DNA of 64,000 nucleotides, from IMG/VR virus record IMGVR_UViG_3300030433_001936, positions 10,760 to 74,759 of that record; one strand, given 5' to 3'. This document shows, one piece after another, positions 56,083 to 64,000 of this stretch (position 1 is the stretch's first letter; the number at the start of each line of letters is the position of its first letter). A program made the position numbers and the translations under genes. The notes below the pieces were generated by a model. That model was not told the DNA's origin, searched no databases, and saw nothing but the letters and a program-made list of their open reading frames with translations. This DNA comes from a virus. Lineage: Duplodnaviria > Caudoviricetes.

Positions 56083-56742
56083 ATGGCGGGTGTCTTATCG
56101 TTGGATATTGAAACATCCAACTACTCCCATGAGATAGGAGGATGGGATAAAACCCACATGTTTGAACCAACGGTTGTTGCCACATACGACGGGGATGATG
56201 CCACCATTTTTTGCAATCAAGACATCACTGTAAAGGGTGCGACAGTTCTCCCTTTGCATCCCCGTGATGTCGGTGAGCATCTGATGAAGCACATTGAAGG
56301 CGGTGGTACAGTCGTGGGACACAACATCGTGGCGTTTGATTTGCCCGTCCTTCGTGATGCGTTGGATTGTCATGCTGCTGGTCAGATTCTGACGAAGCAC
56401 AAAGACCAACTCATTGACACCGCACACACGCTACGCAAAGCATCAAGCAATGTCGGGAAAGCGTATCACATTAAACTCAATGATGTGTGCAAGCACACAC
56501 TCGCTAAAGGGAAGACCATGAGTAGCCATGAAGCACCGCTGTTGTGGAAGCACGGGGACTATGATGATGTAGCATCCTATTGTTTGAACGACGCAACGCT
56601 TAATTGGGAGTTGGTGGAGCATGGCATGAACACGGGCATCGTCAAAAGCCGTTCACGGTGGACTGGCGAAATAGTGAAATTAGAGGTTGATTGGAAATGG
56701 GCGAAGGGAGAGATACCAGCACACAGAAAGCACAACAGTTGA
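56083..56742 (+). CDS. DEDD 3'-5' exonuclease (RNase H-like)
   Basis: LDIETS, GHNIVAFD, YCLND. Confidence 0.8.
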   Translation: MAGVLSLDIETSNYSHEIGGWDKTHMFEPTVVATYDGDDATIFCNQDITVKGATVLPLHPRDVGEHLMKHIEGGGTVVGHNIVAFDLPVLRDALDCHAAGQILTKHKDQLIDTAHTLRKASSNVGKAYHIKLNDVCKHTLAKGKTMSSHEAPLLWKHGDYDDVASYCLNDATLNWELVEHGMNTGIVKSRSRWTGEIVKLEVDWKWAKGEIPAHRKHNS

Positions 56743-58193
56743 ACATCAAGGCTGCGATTGCGGTGGCATCCACCGTACGGTCAACGCTAGGTCCACTTGG
56801 GATGGATAAAATGTGCGTTGACCAACAGGGACATTTCATCGTGAGCAACGATGGGGCATCCATCCTTCGGGAATTGGATGTGGCGCACCCTGGCGCACAG
56901 ATGGTGGTCAACATGTCAAAGACGCAGGAAGCAGAATGCAAAGACGGGACGACATCGGTTGTTGTTCTCGCTGGCAAACTGTTGGATAACGCATTGGGAT
57001 TGTTAGCGAAGGGCATCCACCCTAACATCATATGCAAAGGATACCGCAATGCATCCCGCAATTGTTTGAATGAGTTGCCACTTCATGTCTTGGAGTTGGA
57101 TGAGTTTGAATTGGAATCGGTAGCGAAGACCGCAATCACGGGCAAGGCTGCTGAACATGATATAGATAATGTTGCACGATTGTGTGTTGAAGCAGTTGAG
57201 CGAGCCGATGGTGATGACTCCAAAATCAAAGTGGTCAGCCAAATCGGTGGGTCGCTTGACGATTCACATCTATACGATGGTGTCATTCTCAACAAAGAAT
57301 TTGCATCCACATTGGCTACGGGTGGCGAAGGGAAGGTGTTGTTGCTCAACACAGGTCTAACTCCACCACCAATGCATGATTCAATGCGTGTGCAGTTGGG
57401 TTCAATGGAAGCCGTGCAACAATTCCAAATGGCTGAAACACGCATGCTCGTTGAAAGGGCGAGGGCGATTGTTGAACTCGGTGTGAACACGGTCTTCGTG
57501 CGTGATAGTGTGCATGAAGCGGTCATCCACACGCTTGCTCAAGCGGGTATCGGAATCATCACCCGTGTATCTCAAACCGACTTGGAAGCCATCAGTAAAT
57601 TGACGGGTTCACCAATCTATCACATGACCGAAGACGCTGACCCCGAAGAATTGCAAGGTGCAGTCGTCAAAGAGAACTTGATTGGCGACACCCGATTCGT
57701 ATCTATTCAAGCAAACGACAACACCGTGGCGACATTGGTGTTGCGTGGCGCTACCCGTCAAACCATTGACGAATTGGAGCGAGCCTTTGACGATGCCATT
57801 GGTGTCGTCGCTATCGCATACAATGACCGTGAACTGGTGCCAGGTGGCGGTGCAGTATATACCGCATTGGCGAACAAACTCATTGAAACATCTGACACCC
57901 GATTGGGATTGGCGGAAGATGCATTCTATGATTCGCTTTACACTATCCCAACAACGATTGCTGAAAATGCAGGACATGACCCATTGGATACACTGTTGCG
58001 ATTAAAGAAAGCAACGGTTGGTTTATCCATTGACATTGAAACGGGTGGTTTGGACGACATGGCAAAGGCAGGTATCATTGAACCTGCCCGTGTTATCCGT
58101 CAAGCCCTCCAATCCGCAACCGAAGTCGCCATTGCCATCCTACGCATTGATGACATCATCGGGAAGCGTGGTGAAAGTGGGCAAGATTCTTGA
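56697..58193 (+). CDS. thsA: Group II chaperonin (thermosome subunit)
   Basis: TLGPLGMDKM, NDGASIL, DGTTSVVV, ERAFDDA, PGGGA, EP..V..QAL.SATE. Confidence 0.93.
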   Translation: MGEGRDTSTQKAQQLNIKAAIAVASTVRSTLGPLGMDKMCVDQQGHFIVSNDGASILRELDVAHPGAQMVVNMSKTQEAECKDGTTSVVVLAGKLLDNALGLLAKGIHPNIICKGYRNASRNCLNELPLHVLELDEFELESVAKTAITGKAAEHDIDNVARLCVEAVERADGDDSKIKVVSQIGGSLDDSHLYDGVILNKEFASTLATGGEGKVLLLNTGLTPPPMHDSMRVQLGSMEAVQQFQMAETRMLVERARAIVELGVNTVFVRDSVHEAVIHTLAQAGIGIITRVSQTDLEAISKLTGSPIYHMTEDADPEELQGAVVKENLIGDTRFVSIQANDNTVATLVLRGATRQTIDELERAFDDAIGVVAIAYNDRELVPGGGAVYTALANKLIETSDTRLGLAEDAFYDSLYTIPTTIAENAGHDPLDTLLRLKKATVGLSIDIETGGLDDMAKAGIIEPARVIRQALQSATEVAIAILRIDDIIGKRGESGQDS

Positions 58194-58350
58194 TAAACTC
58201 AAGCAACATTGTCCTCAATGCAGTGCTTTCGTATTTGCCAAACGCATCGTTGGAAAATATGTGAGGGATAGCAACCGCATTCTTATATGGGAATGCCCCG
58301 AGTGCGAAGCACTGTGGCGAAAGCCACAGGAGGCGGGAGAAGATGAGTGA
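58171..58350 (+). CDS. Small Zn-ribbon protein
   Basis: CPQC..WECPEC; GTG start overlapping the thermosome end. Confidence 0.6.
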   Translation: MKVGKILDKLKQHCPQCSAFVFAKRIVGKYVRDSNRILIWECPECEALWRKPQEAGEDE

Positions 58351-59257
58351 AACTAAGTGTACAGATTGTGGTTCACGCAATCTATCTGTGGATGATGTCC
58401 GAGGCGAGAAGGTATGCGATGATTGCGGGCTTGTGATTGAAGAAACAATTGCAGACCTCGGTGCTGAATGGCGTGTGTATGCAGACGGCAATGATTCGGG
58501 CATTCGTGGTGGTGAGAAACTAACCAATCTGTTGCATGACAAAGGATTGTCAACAACAATTGATTGGCAGAACCGTGATTACAGTGGGAAGACCATCACC
58601 GCCAATCGTAGCCAACTACACCGCATGCGGAAGTGGCAAAGGCGAGCGCGAATATCCAATTCACGGGAACGCAATCTCGCAGTAGCATTGGCAGAACTCG
58701 CACGGCTTGGTTCACAGATGAGTCTTCCCCAAAGCATGGTTGAAGCAGGGGCTGACATATACCGCATGGCAAACGAAAAGAGATTGTGCCGTGGTCGGTC
58801 AATTGATGCCGTGGTTGCATCATCCATTTACATCGCATGCCGATTGGAAAACATGCCACGGACATTGGATGAAGTGGCAAAGCAATCACGGACAGGACGG
58901 AAAGAGATTGGACGCACTGCCCGTATGATGCAACGGGAATTGAAACTCCGTGTCAAAGTCAGCAACCCCATTGATTACAACGCACGGTTCTGTTCCATGT
59001 TGCAACTGCCACCCGATGTTGAAAGCAAATCACAGGAGATGTTGGAAGAATTGATTGAAAACGAACACACCAATGGGCGAGGTCCTGTTGGTTTGTGTGC
59101 TGCTGCGATTTACATCGCATCAAAATTGATGGGGTATTCACGCACCCAAAGGGAAGTGTCCGAAACAGCAGGGATTACTGAAGTTACTGTGCGACATCGC
59201 TACAAAGAAATGCTTCGGTTGTTGAATTTGGAAGAAGACTTTGAATCATTAAAGTAA
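58343..59257 (+). CDS. tfb: Transcription initiation factor IIB (TFB)
   Basis: CTDC..CDDCG Zn ribbon, AEWR, two cyclin repeats (GRS..AASIYIACR; GRGP.GLCAAAIY; GITEVTVR). Confidence 0.95.
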   Translation: MSETKCTDCGSRNLSVDDVRGEKVCDDCGLVIEETIADLGAEWRVYADGNDSGIRGGEKLTNLLHDKGLSTTIDWQNRDYSGKTITANRSQLHRMRKWQRRARISNSRERNLAVALAELARLGSQMSLPQSMVEAGADIYRMANEKRLCRGRSIDAVVASSIYIACRLENMPRTLDEVAKQSRTGRKEIGRTARMMQRELKLRVKVSNPIDYNARFCSMLQLPPDVESKSQEMLEELIENEHTNGRGPVGLCAAAIYIASKLMGYSRTQREVSETAGITEVTVRHRYKEMLRLLNLEEDFESLK

Positions 59258-60547
59258 ATTGTGCCAACCGTTGCCGTCATACACCCACCGCTTATACCCA
59301 GTGACTGCGTTGCCGTTGAATTGCAATGCTCCCGCACCACCCGACAATTTGACATCAATGATGTGTCCTTCGGGGAATGTTCCCGTTGGCGTGAGATTCA
59401 ATGTGCTACCCGCAGTTGCCACATTGATGATGAAGACCGAATCTCCATACGATGTGATAGGCCAGACGACAGTACCCGCTGAACCCTTCGTCCATGTGCC
59501 GACATCAACACCACGCGTACCCAATCGTGTGGTGAACATACTGCCACCGACTGCTGATGCTTGGTTGCTATTGGCTTGACCCGAAAAATACAGGACATCC
59601 GTTGGTGTGTTTGTTCCACCACCGTCAATGCCACCCGCAACACCCAACCCATAATCGGGGTCAGATGCTGATGGTGGTGTCGCTGACGGTGTATCCCATC
59701 GCTGATGACTGACCCACATGGCTGATGTGTCAATTCGGTTCGCACCAATTGTCCCACCGAAGTCGCCAGATTCGTCATCACCAGCACCGAACACATCCTT
59801 CAGGTCTGTATCGTTGTTGACTCCGCTAACATTCGTCCTGTTGACGCTGACGGCACTCGCTGATGTGGTCGCATTGTTGCGAATCAACGGTGTGTAGTAT
59901 CGTGCAGATGATGATACGAAGTGGCGCTTGTCATTGACTTCAATGATGTTCACTTTGTCGCTTCCACCCGATGCGCTGAATTGGCAACGGATGGTGGCTA
60001 ACACCAATGCGTGTCCGTTCTTTTCACTGACCGCACCCAACACGGTGTTGGGGTTGATGAGATACCCTTCGGGGATTGGTGGATATACATTGCCCGATGT
60101 CGCCACTGGCGACCCACCAGCGATACGGAGACGAGCGTTGGTGTGAGCAGCGTTGGATGACGCACAGATATACACCACATACACCGCTTCTTGCCCTGTC
60201 GTCAATGCAGTGGTGTCGCAGTATGCCAAAGTGTTGTCAATCGTCATGGCTTGTGTGCCACCAGGACCGCCACCGAAGGAGTACAACACCCCGTCCATGA
60301 CACACACCCCACCTGCCACGGTGAATGCGCTTTCAGCGGTGCGTGTACAGTGTCCTGGTGAGTTGGTGGCGGTGTCGTTGCGACTGGTCATCCCGTATGC
60401 ACTGTCTTGTAGTCGGATAATGCCGTTCCCATGAACGGCTTCAACGAGATTGGTCAGCGATGGGGATGTTATCACATCACCATCACGCAATCCGTCTTGG
60501 GCTAGTGTAAAATTGGCTGCTGTGTGTGCGGAGTTCGGGCTTGTCAT
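59249..60547 (-). CDS. Probable virion structural (tail/baseplate) protein
   Basis: G/S/T/A-rich beta-type composition, in the oppositely oriented block. Confidence 0.6.
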   Translation of the reverse strand: MTSPNSAHTAANFTLAQDGLRDGDVITSPSLTNLVEAVHGNGIIRLQDSAYGMTSRNDTATNSPGHCTRTAESAFTVAGGVCVMDGVLYSFGGGPGGTQAMTIDNTLAYCDTTALTTGQEAVYVVYICASSNAAHTNARLRIAGGSPVATSGNVYPPIPEGYLINPNTVLGAVSEKNGHALVLATIRCQFSASGGSDKVNIIEVNDKRHFVSSSARYYTPLIRNNATTSASAVSVNRTNVSGVNNDTDLKDVFGAGDDESGDFGGTIGANRIDTSAMWVSHQRWDTPSATPPSASDPDYGLGVAGGIDGGGTNTPTDVLYFSGQANSNQASAVGGSMFTTRLGTRGVDVGTWTKGSAGTVVWPITSYGDSVFIINVATAGSTLNLTPTGTFPEGHIIDVKLSGGAGALQFNGNAVTGYKRWVYDGNGWHNLL

Positions 60548-60897
60548 CAGTTCACCTCAATTATCAATGTGATACGCATCTCATTTTGATTCGTCTTCGT
60601 GATTGAGCGTATGTCAGTGCGGTATATGGGTATGAAGGATGATGTTGCACTGTCATAATGTTGCAACAACACCTCTTGAACGGTGGATGTGGTGAATGCG
60701 TGGTCAGTTCCGAACCGACCTTCAACCAATATCGTTTGGTCGTCCAACACACGCACCGTTGGTGTGATTTTGGCGAGTGTCCGTGCGCCACCATCGTCAG
60801 CGGTGGCTTGTGTGCCATCACTTCCGATGACCATTTGATTGATTTTACCTGCGAGTTGCTCAACAATGAATCTCTTTGCGTGGTTTAGTACTGGCAT
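60547..60897 (-). CDS. Probable tail/baseplate protein
   Basis: Small beta-rich ORF (MVIGSDGT..QEVLL). Confidence 0.55.
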   Translation of the reverse strand: MPVLNHAKRFIVEQLAGKINQMVIGSDGTQATADDGGARTLAKITPTVRVLDDQTILVEGRFGTDHAFTTSTVQEVLLQHYDSATSSFIPIYRTDIRSITKTNQNEMRITLIIEVN

Positions 60898-62669
60898 TAC
60901 ATCACGACCTCCCGTTTCCCACGGCACATCCTCATCTCATGGCTACGAGGTCGGGCATATATCACCCTTGCATCCGTGGAATATGTGATTGCACTTGCGG
61001 GGGCGCATCCCGTAAAGGTGGTGGCAGTCTTACCCGTATATGTCAGTGTCCGTGCTTTGGTGGCTTCGGGAGATACCACCATGATTGTCCCCGATGTCGG
61101 GAAGTCGGTGGTTGAATCCACCGTCAGCACACCACCCGCAGTTAACCCACCGTTGGTTTTGGTTGAGCGCGATGCACCCACACCAATTGCGCCCCGTGCC
61201 GTGTCATTGACCGTGGTGGTGCGGTGTCCGATAATGAAACCTGCATGACGGTTGACTCCCGCATTGTCGTCGGGCTTCGGGAATTCCCCGACGCTTCGTT
61301 GTCGGGGTTGTGTGCTACCGATAGTGAATGTTGAAACGAATGGTGTGATGTTGAAATTGATGACACCTGTGTTGCTCAAATCAATCGTCGGTGAAAGGAA
61401 TGTAGCATCTTCTTCACTTCCATACGATAGGTCTGCAGTGGATTCTGACATTGCGATGATGGATTCTATTCCCGATTCGTTGTGCATCATGACGAAATCG
61501 CTACTGTGGTCGCGTGTAGTGTGGCTTGCTTTCAACAACGCCATGTACTTGACAATGCCCGTGGACGGGGCTTCGTATTTGACCACATCACCAGGTTCTA
61601 AATCCCATGAATTGATGTGGCTTTTGGATTCAATCACCCGTTGCACTCGCTTGATGCCACGCAGTGTTTCAGCCGCTGCTCGTCGTGATTGCATGGGAGT
61701 CTTTGCCAACGGATTGAAAACAGTTGTTGTTTTGATTGCGCCCATTTTCTTTTGGAGTTCCATGTCTTCAACTGCCACGACATTGTCATCGTTGAACCCA
61801 CGGGGTCTTCCCTGTGATACGACACGGTTTGCTTCTGGCAACAACGGTTTGTTTTTCACTTCCCCGATACCCACCGTTTCGCCCAACGACCTGTTTGTTA
61901 GTGAAAACACAGTGGGTGCATAAAGGAGATTGCCAAATCTATCCATGTAAAGTGCGTGATTGTCAAAACGCCCGTAGTGTTGGATGGCTTCAATGATTGA
62001 CACACCAAACAAATCCATTGCAATGAATCGCTTTGAATGCCGTGCTATGTCAGCACCTTCGTAGGATGTGTTCATCCCACCACGAGGTCCTGTGAAGGTA
62101 TAGCCGATGTCAAATGAGTTGATGGAATTGTATGTTTCGCCATATAGTCGTTGCACTGCATCAGTGGTTCGGAAACCGATGCTGACAGTTTGACCCAACC
62201 GTACAAACGGTTCATCCCAATCTATGTCCTTGAGTCTGCGGTTTTTCATGTTCGGCAATGGCATCAAAGTGCCGTGGTTGTCAGCCGATATGTTCTTTGC
62301 AACCAACCTATTCAGTATTTCATCAGTGCCTATGATGAGAATCGGTGCGGTGTCGTCAGATGAATCCAACCGTTCACCGTTGAACATGACTTGACCATCA
62401 TACCGCATGCCCGCTTTGTGTGGATGGAAGACACGGATACCGTCTTGGGTTTCAGTCCAACGGTATTTGCGGTCATGAACAAATTGGAAGTCATCATGGA
62501 TTGGCGGCTGTATAGATGATGACAAACCATTGCTAAGATTTGAAAACACTTGATATTCTGCGTAAAGGACTGCATTATCCACGAACACGGGTGCGTGTAT
62601 AGATGATGATACACGGTGTTGAACGGTATCTGCCCGTCCGTATTTTGGGGCTACGGGTGTTGTCGGCAT
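60897..62669 (-). CDS. Probable tail hub/baseplate protein
   Basis: 590 aa; LYMDRFGNLLY..NRVVSQG pattern reminiscent of hub proteins. Confidence 0.5.
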   Translation of the reverse strand: MPTTPVAPKYGRADTVQHRVSSSIHAPVFVDNAVLYAEYQVFSNLSNGLSSSIQPPIHDDFQFVHDRKYRWTETQDGIRVFHPHKAGMRYDGQVMFNGERLDSSDDTAPILIIGTDEILNRLVAKNISADNHGTLMPLPNMKNRRLKDIDWDEPFVRLGQTVSIGFRTTDAVQRLYGETYNSINSFDIGYTFTGPRGGMNTSYEGADIARHSKRFIAMDLFGVSIIEAIQHYGRFDNHALYMDRFGNLLYAPTVFSLTNRSLGETVGIGEVKNKPLLPEANRVVSQGRPRGFNDDNVVAVEDMELQKKMGAIKTTTVFNPLAKTPMQSRRAAAETLRGIKRVQRVIESKSHINSWDLEPGDVVKYEAPSTGIVKYMALLKASHTTRDHSSDFVMMHNESGIESIIAMSESTADLSYGSEEDATFLSPTIDLSNTGVINFNITPFVSTFTIGSTQPRQRSVGEFPKPDDNAGVNRHAGFIIGHRTTTVNDTARGAIGVGASRSTKTNGGLTAGGVLTVDSTTDFPTSGTIMVVSPEATKARTLTYTGKTATTFTGCAPASAITYSTDARVIYARPRSHEMRMCRGKREVVM

Positions 62670-63964
62670 TACCAGTCCACCGTCCTCAAGTTTGACCGAT
62701 TGGTTTCGTCTTTGTGGTATTCAGTGTTTTGATTCAATGTTCCATCTTGACCGAGCGAATGCAATGCTTGGCTATATCGTGCGTCCACATCATACACCTT
62801 CCGCAATGGGTTATCATCGGAATCGTCATCATCATTTGACGATTCTTCCGCTTGCCTTCGTGGTGCATCGGAACGGTAGTGTTGCAATGTGTTTTCTGAA
62901 ATCAACAGTCGCCCAACATGTCGGGTCAAGTTGACCGTTCCCACTGATGCGCCTAAAATTTTAGGACCGTGTGCATGGTTGGTGTTGAAATTGGCTTTGT
63001 CGGGAATGTAGGTAGCCACATATGGAGAGTTGGTTGGTGATGGATTGGTGGATGAAACGAAAATGTTGGATGTGGATGCCCTTCCGTTTGGTGTGTTGAA
63101 ATTAAACAACCCGTATCGCCCACCTGCAGTTGCCGTAAAGAAATGACCGTTTAGTGCTGACCGTTGAGGACCTGTGCTGACATGGCTTCGTGGTCGGAAC
63201 AACGACATGTGGCGATAATCCAACACACGCACAGGTCTAACAAGGAATTGGATGGATGTGTCCCTTACATTGGTAGCATTGACCATTGGATTGAGCAACG
63301 CACCAACCGTATTTGATTGATACGGATTGGGCGTAGGTCCGTGTGTGCCGAGAACATAATTCGCACCACCCGTATCAACACCCCACCCACCATCATCAAA
63401 CGGTTCAGACACACTTGACACTTCAAAGATGTAGTTGCCTCCAACACTTGGCAAACCGTGTGCATTGTTGAATCTCAATACGGATGGCTCATCGGTTCTC
63501 CATGTGATGTTAGCAGCGTTGGTCATGTCAAAGTCTGCCAACGCATGAGCAGATACTGTGGCATCAATAGATGGGAACATGTTGATGGTGTACGCACCTT
63601 CAAACACAAACCGTTGACCAACGGCTTTGTCGGTGTGCAAACTGACCGCTTGTGTTGCTTGGATTATGTAGTTCTTCGGGTCGCTATCGTTTTGTTCCGC
63701 CACTGTAAATGCGTCAATGCCAATGCGTGGCGACAATCGTGCAGTTGGGTCTTGGAATGTCAATCCATCCATGCCGAAAATGCCCGTTGCCGTTTCAATT
63801 GAGCGACCTGACATGGCATCTGTCTTCAACAACCCATCAACAGATGCAATGCCCATCTTGCTTGCTATGCCACGCTTTGCTTCGGTGTCATCAATGACCG
63901 TGTTCTTTGGTCGCAATAAACCGAGCGTGAATGGTGGTTCAGCAGTGTGATACGACAACATCAT
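62669..63964 (-). CDS. Probable structural protein
   Basis: 431 aa ORF in the same block. Confidence 0.55.
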   Translation of the reverse strand: MMLSYHTAEPPFTLGLLRPKNTVIDDTEAKRGIASKMGIASVDGLLKTDAMSGRSIETATGIFGMDGLTFQDPTARLSPRIGIDAFTVAEQNDSDPKNYIIQATQAVSLHTDKAVGQRFVFEGAYTINMFPSIDATVSAHALADFDMTNAANITWRTDEPSVLRFNNAHGLPSVGGNYIFEVSSVSEPFDDGGWGVDTGGANYVLGTHGPTPNPYQSNTVGALLNPMVNATNVRDTSIQFLVRPVRVLDYRHMSLFRPRSHVSTGPQRSALNGHFFTATAGGRYGLFNFNTPNGRASTSNIFVSSTNPSPTNSPYVATYIPDKANFNTNHAHGPKILGASVGTVNLTRHVGRLLISENTLQHYRSDAPRRQAEESSNDDDDSDDNPLRKVYDVDARYSQALHSLGQDGTLNQNTEYHKDETNRSNLRTVDW

Positions 63965-64000
63965 ACCGATTGAATTGAATGGAGTGTCAACAGATTGAGC

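Larger units (their letters stand above)
1..64000. mobile_element. Segment of an archaeal tailed-virus genome (Magrovirus-like)
   Basis: TerL Walker A at the left edge; archaeal-type PolB, primase, RFC, RPA, TFB and thermosome interspersed with phage-typical genes (ArdA, DenV, DUF932, DUF3846); dense small-ORF early region; no housekeeping operons. Confidence 0.85.

Noticed and set aside
125-63950. The many overlapping alternative-frame and antisense ORFs in the six-frame track
   Set aside because: They overlap well-supported genes, lack RBS or motifs, and are expected where the antisense strand is stop-poor.

Overview
This window looks like a 64 kb segment of a tailed (head-tail) virus infecting marine archaea. 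The gene content (PolB, PriS-PriL primase, RFC, PCNA-like clamp, RPA, MCM-like helicase, XPF, thermosome, TFB, terminase) most resembles Magrovirus-type viruses of Marine Group II/Poseidoniales; that host assignment is an inference. Layout: (1) 1-19.5 kb, mostly minus strand: head-associated/late module ending in the N-terminus of a terminase large subunit at the window edge. It includes a small-GTPase plus membrane-protein operon, an HMG-CoA lyase, and about ten proteins sharing a portable [I/M/F]-D-x-A-W-x-x-L-K peptide. (2) 19.55-22.1 kb: a divergence zone with GGTAAAAC iterons, where the single protein-coding gene and both flanks are almost entirely tiled by perfect short hairpins. (3) 22.1-41 kb, plus strand: small early genes (SNF2 helicase, ArdA, DenV, DUF932, PC4-like) behind a repeated TTAAATACCCCTCAA + palindrome promoter. 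(4) 41-59.3 kb: an archaeal-type replication/repair/transcription module. (5) 59.2-64 kb, minus strand: probable tail/structural genes. No tRNA, rRNA or CRISPR array was recognised. Top leads are the hairpin-tiled gene, the AWxxLK tag family (candidate capsid-cargo targeting system), the viral Arf-like GTPase membrane module, and a three-copy AT-rich nested palindrome. All family calls come from motif recognition by eye; no searches were run.
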